From contig LCBT01000001.1 in NCBI GenBank assembly GCA_000997385.1, forward strand, positions 243,663 to 307,662: a DNA stretch of 64,000 nt, written 5' to 3'. The DNA comes from Candidatus Daviesbacteria bacterium GW2011_GWA1_41_61 (GTDB lineage Bacteria > Patescibacteriota > Microgenomatia > Daviesbacterales > UBA10151). The stretch's first letter is position 1. Each line of letters opens with the position of its first letter. The position numbers and the translations under genes were made by a program. A model generated the notes under the pieces. The model saw nothing but the letters and a program-made list of their open reading frames with translations. It ran no database searches and had not been told where the DNA came from. This document shows positions 19,676-29,144 of this stretch, in pieces.

Positions 19676-21028
19676 TTAAAGAGTAAGTTTGATATTTTTA
19701 AGATTTTTTGCCAACCTTTCAAAGTTATCTAGTTGGGCATTTTTCTCCACAAATTCCTTTGCTTCCTGATAACTTCCCTTCTCTAGTAACCCCACTAATA
19801 TCTCAGCTAATGCTTCAATCTCAAAGAAGATTTTAGAAAAATTAGGCCAGGAAATTCCTCTTTGTTCTTTTAGGGCTCCGCTAACTAAATAATAATGCAA
19901 ATCTATGGCATTTCCGTAAACATAACTTTCCATCGCTTTACCATTTTTATAGAGCAACCAATCAGCAAACATCCAAACAATATGAATAATAATAATCGCC
20001 TCTAATTCATCCTGAGAAATTAGGCCCTTGACTACTAAATTTTTAGCATGTTGAATTCCCGAAGCAAAACCATTTGCCTCATCAATCGGTCCATAAAACT
20101 CACTTAGTCTCTCTCTCGCTCCAATAAACTTATGCAGCTGCCTACCAAGCTCATAAAGTAGAACATTCCAAGCAGTAGCTTTGAATAACAGCTCTTTGGA
20201 GTATTTTGAGGCAAACCGTTTCTCGAAAATTGATTTAAAAATTGGGTAATGAACCCTCTCAAACTTTTCTTTTAACTGTGGCTCATAAATTAAAATTTTT
20301 GACCCATATTGCTGCATAATCTCCAAATCAGAAGGAAAGTGTTCCCCGGAAAATAAAACGTCAGCCATGTAGCCTGAAGTGGAGGGAGTTTCCTCTACAA
20401 ATACATTTACTCCTTTTCGGGGAATATTTGTGGAGTGGTGTTTATTATGGCTGATTTTAGCAGAAATAAACAAAGTCTCTTTAATCTGATTGGCCTTTTC
20501 TGTTAATTCTTGATCGACAACCCCAACATGAGCTTGGAAAATGCGCTTACGAAAAAATAATTTATCTAGGTATCTTTCAAAAGGGCCTACACTAAAATCA
20601 ATAGCTGAATTTCTAACACTAAACCAGACAATATCGGCAGTTTTATAATCGCCACTAATCAAAGATTTTGCTCGAGCCCTAAGGTAATTTCTAAAAGAAT
20701 GGTTGCTAGATATCTTTGCTGCTGTTTCTATTTTTTGAGCAATAGGTTGTAAATACGAAGCATATTTTTGATGAAAAGGGACTGCTTTTAACTCTTTATT
20801 TTCCAGGGAAACATAAGTAAAAGGAGAAAGTAGCGTAGCATTTTTCCTACTAGATTTTTCAATTTGATCCCTTGAAACACCCGAAGGATAGAAACCATCA
20901 CTTAATTGTTGTTCATAGAGTTGAGCTACATCCTTAACTACATCCTCTAAAATTTTCAGGATTCTCTTATCTTCCCCAGATAATCTCAAAATAACAGCTT
21001 TACTCAATTTAAATTTGCGATAAATCAT
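19676..21028 (-). CDS. Hypothetical protein, paralog of 18215-19624 with a degenerate metal-binding motif
   Basis: The HExxGH position reads YELGRQLH. 4-nt overlap with greA. Confidence 0.4.
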   Translation of the reverse strand: MIYRKFKLSKAVILRLSGEDKRILKILEDVVKDVAQLYEQQLSDGFYPSGVSRDQIEKSSRKNATLLSPFTYVSLENKELKAVPFHQKYASYLQPIAQKIETAAKISSNHSFRNYLRARAKSLISGDYKTADIVWFSVRNSAIDFSVGPFERYLDKLFFRKRIFQAHVGVVDQELTEKANQIKETLFISAKISHNKHHSTNIPRKGVNVFVEETPSTSGYMADVLFSGEHFPSDLEIMQQYGSKILIYEPQLKEKFERVHYPIFKSIFEKRFASKYSKELLFKATAWNVLLYELGRQLHKFIGARERLSEFYGPIDEANGFASGIQHAKNLVVKGLISQDELEAIIIIHIVWMFADWLLYKNGKAMESYVYGNAIDLHYYLVSGALKEQRGISWPNFSKIFFEIEALAEILVGLLEKGSYQEAKEFVEKNAQLDNFERLAKNLKNIKLTL

Positions 21029-21513
21029 TTTATTTTCAAAACCTTACATTTATATTTCACAATCGGGGTAGATACCTCTACCACTTCACCTACTCTGGCC
21101 CCTAAAAGGGTTGCCCCTAAAGGAGACTCATTGGAAATCCTCTTTTTGGCAGGATTGGCTTCCATCTTTCCTACTATAGTAAATTCATCAATCTCCCCAT
21201 CCATCTCCACAGCGACTGTAGAACCAATAACCACAAAATCACTCTTCGGTTCCTCGGTAATTAACTTAGCATTTCTTAGGACTTCTTCCAGGTAAGCAAT
21301 CCTGTTTTCTATCAGAGCTTGTTCATCTAAAGCAGCATCATACTCAGCGTTTTCGGAGATATCACCAAATTCCCGGGCTTTCTGGATTCTATCTGTCACT
21401 TGGGCTCTTTTAGTACTTTTTAAGAAAAGCAACTCTTCTTGAGCTTCCTCAAGACCTTTTTGGGTAAAATAAACTTTTTTTTCTAAAGCCCCTGCTCTAA
21501 CTGCTTTGGTCAT
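21025..21513 (-). CDS. greA: Transcription elongation factor GreA
   Basis: 162 aa. N-terminal coiled coil and a C-terminal FKBP-like domain. Confidence 0.85.
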   Translation of the reverse strand: MTKAVRAGALEKKVYFTQKGLEEAQEELLFLKSTKRAQVTDRIQKAREFGDISENAEYDAALDEQALIENRIAYLEEVLRNAKLITEEPKSDFVVIGSTVAVEMDGEIDEFTIVGKMEANPAKKRISNESPLGATLLGARVGEVVEVSTPIVKYKCKVLKIK

Positions 21514-21661
21514 CTAATTAACCATACTAAACGTGCTAATTCTATTAAAGCTAATAAGATATGTCAATGAATATCCTTACACCATCTCAAGGGGAAGTGT
21601 TGGACTTAAAGTGGGTATTTTGTTAAAATTTACCTTACTCTGATCTAATCAGAGCTTGCTT

Positions 21662-21738
21662 GCCGCCATCGTCTAGTGGCCTAGGACATCGGATTCTCAT
21701 TCCGAAAACCGCGGGTTCAAATCCCGCTGGCGGTGCCA
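21662..21738 (+). tRNA. tRNA-Glu (anticodon CTC) with encoded CCA
   Basis: Cloverleaf folded by hand. 7-bp acceptor stem (GCCGCCA/TGGCGGT), 4-bp D stem, anticodon stem TCGGA/TCCGA, anticodon loop TTCTCAT, T stem GCGGG/CCCGC, and T loop TTCAAAT. Confidence 0.85.
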
Positions 21739-21790
21739 AAAAACAGCAGTAAATTGACAGTCCCCTATCTTCATTGGTACGATTATTCTA

Positions 21791-23305
21791 ATGAACCAGA
21801 TGGCCACTCCTCTGCCAAGCTCCGTTAGATCTTTTTCCTTTAAAAAAAGCTTGCGCCTTAAAATAGTTTTAGTTTTATTTTTGACAATCCTCTTTTCTGT
21901 TATTACTGATACTTTATTAAACTATCATTTACAAACCTTTCTCTGGGGGGTTATTATCCATCTTCCCATAGCTTTAATTGGTTCATTAATTATCTTAAAG
22001 TTTTTAAAACCTTTGGAGCAGATTTATCAAGGATCACAGGTATTGGCTAAAGGAGAATTAAAGCACCGTTTTAATATCCACACCGGAGATGAAATTCAAT
22101 CAATTGCTGAAACTATTAACGAAATGGCTCATAACTTGGATCAGACCTTACAAGGTGTATCCCAAAATAAAGATTATGTCTTTTCCGAGAAAAACAGATT
22201 AAATGCTGTCATTGCCTCTATTACTGATGGGGTGATTGTCTTGGACTTACACCGAAATGTCGTGCTGGCAAATAAAGCAGCCGAAAAAACCACCGGTTAC
22301 TCTATGGATGAGATGGTAGGCAAACCGACTGAAGCCCTTTTTGTCTTCAAAGATAAAAGCGGAGCGATCATCTCTTTAAAAGAGAACTTTCCGGTTCACT
22401 TAATGGATGAAAAAAGTGAGGGAGGAGCATCAAATATTGTCCGTTTAACCAGAAAAGATGGCTATGAAGTAGAAGTTGAACTGACTCTGTCACCTATCAT
22501 CGACAGCATCCAATCGGATTTAGGGGGAATCTTAATACTACGGGATGTTACCCAAAAGAAGGTTTTTGAACAGATGCAGATAGATTTTGTTTCCATGGCT
22601 TCACATGAAATCCGTACCCCTTTGACGAGCATTGTCAACTACCTCTCGGTTTTAGAAGAAGAAACCGGTAAAAAACTGGAAGCAGAACATAAAGATTTCT
22701 TAGACCGGGCTCTAGTTAGCGCTCAACAACTGGTTACCTTGGTGGGGAATTTACTCAACGTCTCTAAGATCGAGCGGGGATCGTTTGCCGTTTCTTTACA
22801 ATCTATTGATTGGAAGAAAAATTTGACTGAAGTAGTAGAGAACAATGTGACCTCAGCTCTCCAGAAAAACATTAAAATCAACCTCAATTTAACCCCTGGA
22901 CCCTTACCTAAAGTTATGGTGGACCCAATCAGAATCAATGAGGTGATCAATAATTTAATCAGTAACGCTTTAAATTACACTAAAGAAGGAGGAAAAATTG
23001 CGGTTTCCGTCAAAGTAGTCAAAGATGAGCTTGTCACCAGTATTGCTGATACGGGAGTGGGTATTCCGCCTGAAGCCATCGCCAACCTTTTTACCAAATT
23101 TTTCCGGGTCACCGGAGCGCTGCAGCAAGACAGTAAAGGTACCGGCTTGGGCCTTTATATCTCTAAATCAATTATTGATATGCATCATGGCAAAATCTGG
23201 GTAGAGTCTCAGGTAGGGAAAGGTTCTACTTTCTACTTCAGTCTGCCACTAGCCAATCCAAGTCTGGCTACCCCAACTATTACTAAACTCAATGCCTCAA
23301 CTTAG
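21791..23305 (+). CDS. Sensor histidine kinase (2 TM, HAMP, PAS, HisKA, HATPase_c)
   Basis: H-box MASHEIRTPLTS, and a G-box region GTGLGLYISK. Confidence 0.85.
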   Translation: MNQMATPLPSSVRSFSFKKSLRLKIVLVLFLTILFSVITDTLLNYHLQTFLWGVIIHLPIALIGSLIILKFLKPLEQIYQGSQVLAKGELKHRFNIHTGDEIQSIAETINEMAHNLDQTLQGVSQNKDYVFSEKNRLNAVIASITDGVIVLDLHRNVVLANKAAEKTTGYSMDEMVGKPTEALFVFKDKSGAIISLKENFPVHLMDEKSEGGASNIVRLTRKDGYEVEVELTLSPIIDSIQSDLGGILILRDVTQKKVFEQMQIDFVSMASHEIRTPLTSIVNYLSVLEEETGKKLEAEHKDFLDRALVSAQQLVTLVGNLLNVSKIERGSFAVSLQSIDWKKNLTEVVENNVTSALQKNIKINLNLTPGPLPKVMVDPIRINEVINNLISNALNYTKEGGKIAVSVKVVKDELVTSIADTGVGIPPEAIANLFTKFFRVTGALQQDSKGTGLGLYISKSIIDMHHGKIWVESQVGKGSTFYFSLPLANPSLATPTITKLNAST

Positions 23306-23366
23306 TTTAGCTTAACTTAGCTTCCACTAACTTGACAAGTAACTGAAAAATCCATAACATAAAGAC

Positions 23367-23786
23367 ATGAAAGACATAGCTGATAACCAAAAAAAGATTC
23401 TTCTAATTGAAGATGAAAACTTTATAGCTGATATCTACGCCAGAGAGCTAACCAAAGCAGGTTTTGATGTTAAAATAGAAAGAGATGGGATAGCCGGTGC
23501 TAAAGCCTTAGAAGAAGGCACTTTTGATCTGCTGCTTTTAGATATCATGCTCCCTGGGATGCATGGACTGGAGTTACTCAGGCAATGGAAGGTCAAGCAC
23601 CCCGATAACCAGATGCCAGTGTTACTTTTAACCAACCTGGGACAAGATGAAGTTATTAAAGAAGCTTTTACCCTAGGAGCCAGAGGATACCTTATTAAAG
23701 CTTCTTACACCCCTAAACAAATTGTGGAAGAGATCATCAACACCATTGCCAATAAACAATCTGGCACTCAACCCCCTACAGCTTAA
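23367..23786 (+). CDS. Response regulator receiver protein
   Basis: KILLIEDE…LLLLDIMLPG. REC domain only, downstream of the HK. Confidence 0.8.
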   Translation: MKDIADNQKKILLIEDENFIADIYARELTKAGFDVKIERDGIAGAKALEEGTFDLLLLDIMLPGMHGLELLRQWKVKHPDNQMPVLLLTNLGQDEVIKEAFTLGARGYLIKASYTPKQIVEEIINTIANKQSGTQPPTA

Positions 23787-23878
23787 AAGTATCCTTGAGG
23801 AATCTTTTTTAAAAAGGGATGGTATTTTCTGGGATTTTCTTAAAAAATTTAAAGCCCTTTAGCCACTGAAATGAAATC

Positions 23879-25885
23879 CTATCTTAAGAAAGGTACTAAC
23901 AATAATGCCACAATGTTAGCTACCTTAATCATTGGGTTAATAGCAGGTCCGGCAGTATCTTTGTATGGATCACCAACGGTATCACCGGTCACTGCTGCCT
24001 GATGAGCTGGGGATTTTTTACCGCCTAAATTACCGGCTTCAATATATTTTTTAGCATTGTCCCAAGCTGCCCCACCGGTAGTCATGGAAATAGCCACAAA
24101 AATACCAGTGACAATAATCCCCACTAACATTCCCCCTAAAGCTGCCGGACCTAGGACTAAGCCTACAATTACCGGAGCCAAAACTGGAATAACAGCTGGC
24201 AAGATCATTTCTTTTTGAGCAGCCTCGGTAACAATAGCTACAGCTTTACCATAATCCGGCTTGGCTTTACCCTCCATAATACCTTTGATCTGCCTAAACT
24301 GACGCCTCACCTCATTAACTACTGCATAAGCAGCCTTACCTACTGCTTCCATGGCTAAAGCTGCAAAAAAGTATGGCAAAGCCCCTCCTAAAAACAATCC
24401 AATTAAAACATTGGGGTCAGAGAGGGAAAAAGTAAGTCCTCTGCCTACAGCCACCAGTTCCTCAGCATATGAGGCAAACAGCACTAAAGCTGCCAGGGCA
24501 GCTGAAGCAATAGCGTAACCTTTAGTAACAGCTTTAGTAGTGTTACCCACAGCATCTAAAGGATCGGTCACCGCGCGGACAGAATCTGGAAGCTCGGCCA
24601 TCTCGGCAATTCCTCCCGCATTATCTGTAATGGGACCATAGGCATCAATGGCCACAATAATCCCGGTCATGGAAAGCATAGCCATAGCAGCCACAGCAAT
24701 TCCATAAAGTCCAGCTAAAGCATAAGCTACCAAAATAGCTCCGGAAATTAAAATAATAGGGAGCAGGGTTGATTTCATAGATACTGCCAGCCCGGCGATA
24801 ACATTGGTTCCATGTCCAGTAGTGGAAGCCTGAGCAATAGTTTTAACTGGATTATATTTAGTAGAGGTAAAGTATTCGGTAATCACTACCATACCTACAG
24901 TTACCACCAAACCTAAAAGTGAGGCCCAATAAAGGTTGATCGCCTCAAATTGTCCGTTCCCGCTCATTAACCAAATAGTTATGGGATAAAAAGCAATAGC
25001 TGCCAAAACTGCCGAGACAGCTAAACCTTTATACATGGCCATCATGATATTTTTACCATTACCCAGGCTGACAAAAAATGTGCCAATGATAGAAGCCAGT
25101 ATCGAAACTGCTCCTAAGGCTAGGGGGTAAATCACAGCATTGGGGAAATTAGCCAAAACCAAGCTTCCCAATAAAATTGTGGCTACTGCGGTAACAGCGT
25201 AAGTTTCAAAAAGATCAGCAGCCATACCTGCACAATCCCCAACATTATCCCCAACATTGTCAGCGATGACCCCCGGATTCCGGGGGTCATCTTCCGGGAT
25301 TCCCGCCTCAATTTTCCCTACCATATCAGTCCCTACATCAGCTCCTTTAGTAAAGATGCCTCCACCCAACCTGGCAAAAACCGAGATTAAGCTTCCTCCA
25401 AAACCCAAACCTATTAGGGCTCTAATATCACTGGCTAAAAAATAAAAACCAGCTACAGACAAAAGACCTAAACCTACTACCATCAGCCCGGTGACAGCCC
25501 CTCCTTTGAAGGAAACATTCAAAGCTTTTTCCAAACCGCCTCTGGCAGCTTCAGTGGTTCTGACATTAGCCCTCACTGCCACATTCATGCCAATGAAACC
25601 TGCTAAAGCTGAGGCCACTGCCCCTACCAAAAAACCTAAAGCAGTGTTGGTACCCAGGAAAACCCACAATACTATAAAAAGAGGAATGGCTACTAAGGCA
25701 ATTGAACGGTACTGTTTATTAAGGTAAGCCCCAGCTCCTTCTTGAATAGCTTGAGCAATCTCCTGCATTTTTTTATTACCGGCAGGTAGCTTTAAAATCC
25801 AAGAGATTAAAGCTCCACCATAAGCTAAAGCAGCTACAGCAGAAGCTAAAATTAAGAAGTTTAAATTAGATACAACAAATTCCAT
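23879..25885 (-). CDS. hppA: Membrane-bound K+/Na+/H+-translocating pyrophosphatase
   Basis: 668 aa polytopic protein. [30 protein letters not shown] and [13 protein letters not shown] motifs. Confidence 0.9.
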   Translation of the reverse strand: MEFVVSNLNFLILASAVAALAYGGALISWILKLPAGNKKMQEIAQAIQEGAGAYLNKQYRSIALVAIPLFIVLWVFLGTNTALGFLVGAVASALAGFIGMNVAVRANVRTTEAARGGLEKALNVSFKGGAVTGLMVVGLGLLSVAGFYFLASDIRALIGLGFGGSLISVFARLGGGIFTKGADVGTDMVGKIEAGIPEDDPRNPGVIADNVGDNVGDCAGMAADLFETYAVTAVATILLGSLVLANFPNAVIYPLALGAVSILASIIGTFFVSLGNGKNIMMAMYKGLAVSAVLAAIAFYPITIWLMSGNGQFEAINLYWASLLGLVVTVGMVVITEYFTSTKYNPVKTIAQASTTGHGTNVIAGLAVSMKSTLLPIILISGAILVAYALAGLYGIAVAAMAMLSMTGIIVAIDAYGPITDNAGGIAEMAELPDSVRAVTDPLDAVGNTTKAVTKGYAIASAALAALVLFASYAEELVAVGRGLTFSLSDPNVLIGLFLGGALPYFFAALAMEAVGKAAYAVVNEVRRQFRQIKGIMEGKAKPDYGKAVAIVTEAAQKEMILPAVIPVLAPVIVGLVLGPAALGGMLVGIIVTGIFVAISMTTGGAAWDNAKKYIEAGNLGGKKSPAHQAAVTGDTVGDPYKDTAGPAINPMIKVANIVALLLVPFLR

Positions 25886-25988
25886 GGCCCTAATTTACTA
25901 TGAGTTTACACTATCGTCAAGATAGTATTTGCAAAGTAGTTCCTACAAATACATTAGCTTAAATCAGCCATTTGAGTCAATGATAATC

Positions 25989-28412
25989 TTAGGCAATAGC
26001 GTGGATGAGACGAGAAGGAGTATGGCGGGGAGAGGCAGGAGTAGGAGGCCTGGTTAAGGCTACCTCTAAAACATCATCCATATGTTTGACAAAAACAAAC
26101 TCTAAATCTTTTTGTACATAATCAGGAATATCCTCTAAATCTTTACGATTATTTTCAGGAGCAATAACAGTTTTTACTCCTGCCCGGTGGGCTGCCAAAA
26201 CCTTATCCTTTAAACCACCAATTTCTAAAACCCTTCCCCGTAAAGTTACCTCCCCGGTCATGGCCACCTCTTTACGGACCGGAATTTTGGTAAAGGCCGA
26301 AACAATGGCAGTTGTTAAAGCAATTCCTGCTGAGGGGCCGTCTTTAGGCACTGCCCCCTCTGGAACATGGACATGAATATCTACTTTATGATAAAAATTC
26401 TCCGGTAAACCTAACTGCTTCCAGTGGGATCTGACATAAGATACTGCCGCTGTGGCAGATTCTTTCATCACATCTCCAAGCTGTCCAGTCAAAATCAATT
26501 GTCCTTTTCCTGGCATCAGTGTCACCTCGTTAAATAAGATATCTCCACCGGCTTCAGTAACTGCCATGCCAGTAGAAGTGCCGATACTATCCTCCACTTC
26601 AGCCAGTTGAGGGGTAAACTTGGCAGGTCCTAAAAGTTTAGTTACTTCTTGGGGAATAATAGTAAAGCCGGCGGATTTTTCTCCCTCAGCAATCTTACGG
26701 GCAATCTTACGGATAACGGCGGAGAGCTCTCTTTCTAAATTCCTCACTCCGGCCTCACGGGTATATTTTTCAATAATATGATAAATCGCCTCGGATTCAA
26801 AGCGTAATTGTTTCTCTTTCAAGCCATGAGTAGTAATCTGTTTAGGAAGAAGGAAATTTTGGGCAATATGGAATTTTTCATCCTCAGTATAACCGGCATA
26901 TCTGATCACCTCTAACCTATCCCTCAAAGCCGGAGGGATCGTATCTAAGATGTTAGCCGTGGTGATAAACATACAATTAGACAGATCATAAGGAACCTCC
27001 AAATAATGATCAGAGAAGACATTGTTTTGCTCTGGGTCTAAAGCCTCAAGGAGGGCGGCTGAGGGGTCACCCCGGTAATCCATACCAATTTTATCAATCT
27101 CATCCAGCATAAAGACTGGATTAATACTTCCAGCCTGCTTAATCCCTTGAATGATCCGTCCGGGCATAGAACCAACATAAGTTCGGCGATGTCCGCGGAT
27201 CTCAGCCTCATCGCGGATTCCTCCTAAAGAAACTTTAACAAATTTCCTGCCTAAAGCCCGGGCGATAGATTTACCAATTGAAGTTTTACCTGTTCCTGGT
27301 GGCCCCACAAAACAGAGGATCGGACCTTTGACCTTACCGGAGAGTTTATGGACCGCCAAATATTCCAGTATTCTTTCCTTGACTTTATTTAAACCGTAGT
27401 GATCTTCATCCAAAATCGTCTGGGCCTTTTTTAGGTCAACCCGGGTCTTATCTTTGGTTTTCCAAGGCAGATCGGTTAGCCATTCCAAGTAATTTCTTTT
27501 ATAAGAAGCCTCGGGGTTATATTGAGACATTTTAGCCAGTCCAGCCAACTCTTTTAAGGCCTTTTCTCTGACCTCTTTAGGCATACCAGAGCGTTTAATC
27601 TTATTTTCAAACTCCCTAACTTCCTGGTTTTGCCCATCGCCATCACCTAACTCTTCCTCAATAGAACGCATCTGTTCCCGCAGGATAGCTTCTTTAGTCA
27701 TCTTGGAAACTCTCTCTTGAGTTTTGGTGGAGATGTTTTGGGAGATCTCCAGAATTTTGATCTCTTTAGCCAATAACTCCGAGAGTCTTTGCAGTCTTTC
27801 CACAGCTAAAACCATCTCTAAAATCTGTTGTTTATCAATAGTTTTAAGGTCTACCGCCTGAGCAATAGAATTGACAAGAAGGTTGGGGTCATCGTTTTGA
27901 GAAACTACAGTCCAACTAGCAGCCCAGTTAGATAAAGCACTGGGGTCAAAGAGAGGATTTCCTCCCAGTTCAATAAAACGCCTAAATTGATCGCGGATAG
28001 TCCTCATTAAAGCTTCCGTCTCTTCAGTTTTCTCAAAAAGTTCGGGGATTTCTTCTACTGCTGCTTCAAGATAAGGTTCGTTTTGAGTATAGCTTTTAAT
28101 GAAAACCCGGGTTAACCCTTCGGCAGACACGGTGTACTCTCCATCCGGATTGCGGATCATCCGTTTTAAAAGGCAGACTGTGCCCACCTGATAGAGGTCT
28201 TTACCATCTGGATCTTCGATACGGCTGTTTTTTTGGGTGACGAAAACTATTTGTCGGTTAGTAGACCAAGCCTGGTCTAAAGCAGATTTAGATTTTACTC
28301 TGCCTGAAACAATGGGCAAAGATGTTCCGGGAAACATCACTGTGTCACGTAACGGGCCAACTGGCAGTTTTTCCGGTAGTTTTAGTGGTTGGGAAGTATA
28401 ATCCGTTATCAT
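25989..28412 (-). CDS. lon: ATP-dependent Lon protease
   Basis: LON N-terminal domain, AAA+ GPPGTGKTS, and the protease Ser-Lys dyad region PKDGPSAGIA. Confidence 0.95.
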   Translation of the reverse strand: MITDYTSQPLKLPEKLPVGPLRDTVMFPGTSLPIVSGRVKSKSALDQAWSTNRQIVFVTQKNSRIEDPDGKDLYQVGTVCLLKRMIRNPDGEYTVSAEGLTRVFIKSYTQNEPYLEAAVEEIPELFEKTEETEALMRTIRDQFRRFIELGGNPLFDPSALSNWAASWTVVSQNDDPNLLVNSIAQAVDLKTIDKQQILEMVLAVERLQRLSELLAKEIKILEISQNISTKTQERVSKMTKEAILREQMRSIEEELGDGDGQNQEVREFENKIKRSGMPKEVREKALKELAGLAKMSQYNPEASYKRNYLEWLTDLPWKTKDKTRVDLKKAQTILDEDHYGLNKVKERILEYLAVHKLSGKVKGPILCFVGPPGTGKTSIGKSIARALGRKFVKVSLGGIRDEAEIRGHRRTYVGSMPGRIIQGIKQAGSINPVFMLDEIDKIGMDYRGDPSAALLEALDPEQNNVFSDHYLEVPYDLSNCMFITTANILDTIPPALRDRLEVIRYAGYTEDEKFHIAQNFLLPKQITTHGLKEKQLRFESEAIYHIIEKYTREAGVRNLERELSAVIRKIARKIAEGEKSAGFTIIPQEVTKLLGPAKFTPQLAEVEDSIGTSTGMAVTEAGGDILFNEVTLMPGKGQLILTGQLGDVMKESATAAVSYVRSHWKQLGLPENFYHKVDIHVHVPEGAVPKDGPSAGIALTTAIVSAFTKIPVRKEVAMTGEVTLRGRVLEIGGLKDKVLAAHRAGVKTVIAPENNRKDLEDIPDYVQKDLEFVFVKHMDDVLEVALTRPPTPASPRHTPSRLIHAIA

Positions 28413-28529
28413 GACTTTAAATTAGCCTCCAAACTAGCAGAATCATAACACGAGTGCTAAATATTGGCAAGCCCCAAATTAATTGACTATTCATCCTTGT
28501 TAACAATCTACCATAAATTATTAATTAAT

Positions 28530-29141
28530 TCAGTAATCTATCCCTACTTTTGCTAAAAATCCTTTTTCAAAAGGATGCTTGATAGCTTGCATTTCAGTCA
28601 CCAGATCTGCTTTCTCTATTATCTTTAGGGAGGCGTGATGGCCTGTCAAAACTAAATCCAGCTTCTTCGGTTTATGGTTGATTAATTTAAGTATATCAGA
28701 AATTTTAAGAAGTTTACCGGCCACCGCCCCAATAATTTCATCGGCTATCACTACATCCCACTTACCAGAAGTTGTTTCTTTATACAGCATACCAAAAGTT
28801 TCCTGGGCCACTTTTTGATGCTGAGATAAGGGCAGTTTATCGTTTAAAATTTTGACAAATCCTTTTCCTCCCTGGATTAACTTAACATAAGGGGATAACT
28901 TTTTAATACCCTCAAGCTCACCAGTAAACCAAGCTTTACCGAATTGAACAATCAAAACTTTTTTCTTATATCCTGCAGCCCTTAAAGCCAACCCCAAAGC
29001 AGCAGTAGTCTTCCCCTTCCCTTCCCCGGTATAAACAATCACCAAACCTTTTGTCTGCTCTTGGAATTTCATAATAGGAATTTTGATGGTAGATGATAGG
29101 GGTAAAAGTACTACCTTCCATCTTCCATTATCTATCGTCAA
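28530..29141 (-). CDS. Cob(I)alamin adenosyltransferase (CobO/BtuR-type)
   Basis: P-loop VYTGEGKGKTTAALG. The true start is probably the internal Met (MKFQEQTKG…, about 29072). Confidence 0.75.
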   Translation of the reverse strand: MTIDNGRWKVVLLPLSSTIKIPIMKFQEQTKGLVIVYTGEGKGKTTAALGLALRAAGYKKKVLIVQFGKAWFTGELEGIKKLSPYVKLIQGGKGFVKILNDKLPLSQHQKVAQETFGMLYKETTSGKWDVVIADEIIGAVAGKLLKISDILKLINHKPKKLDLVLTGHHASLKIIEKADLVTEMQAIKHPFEKGFLAKVGIDY

Positions 29142-29144
29142 ACT

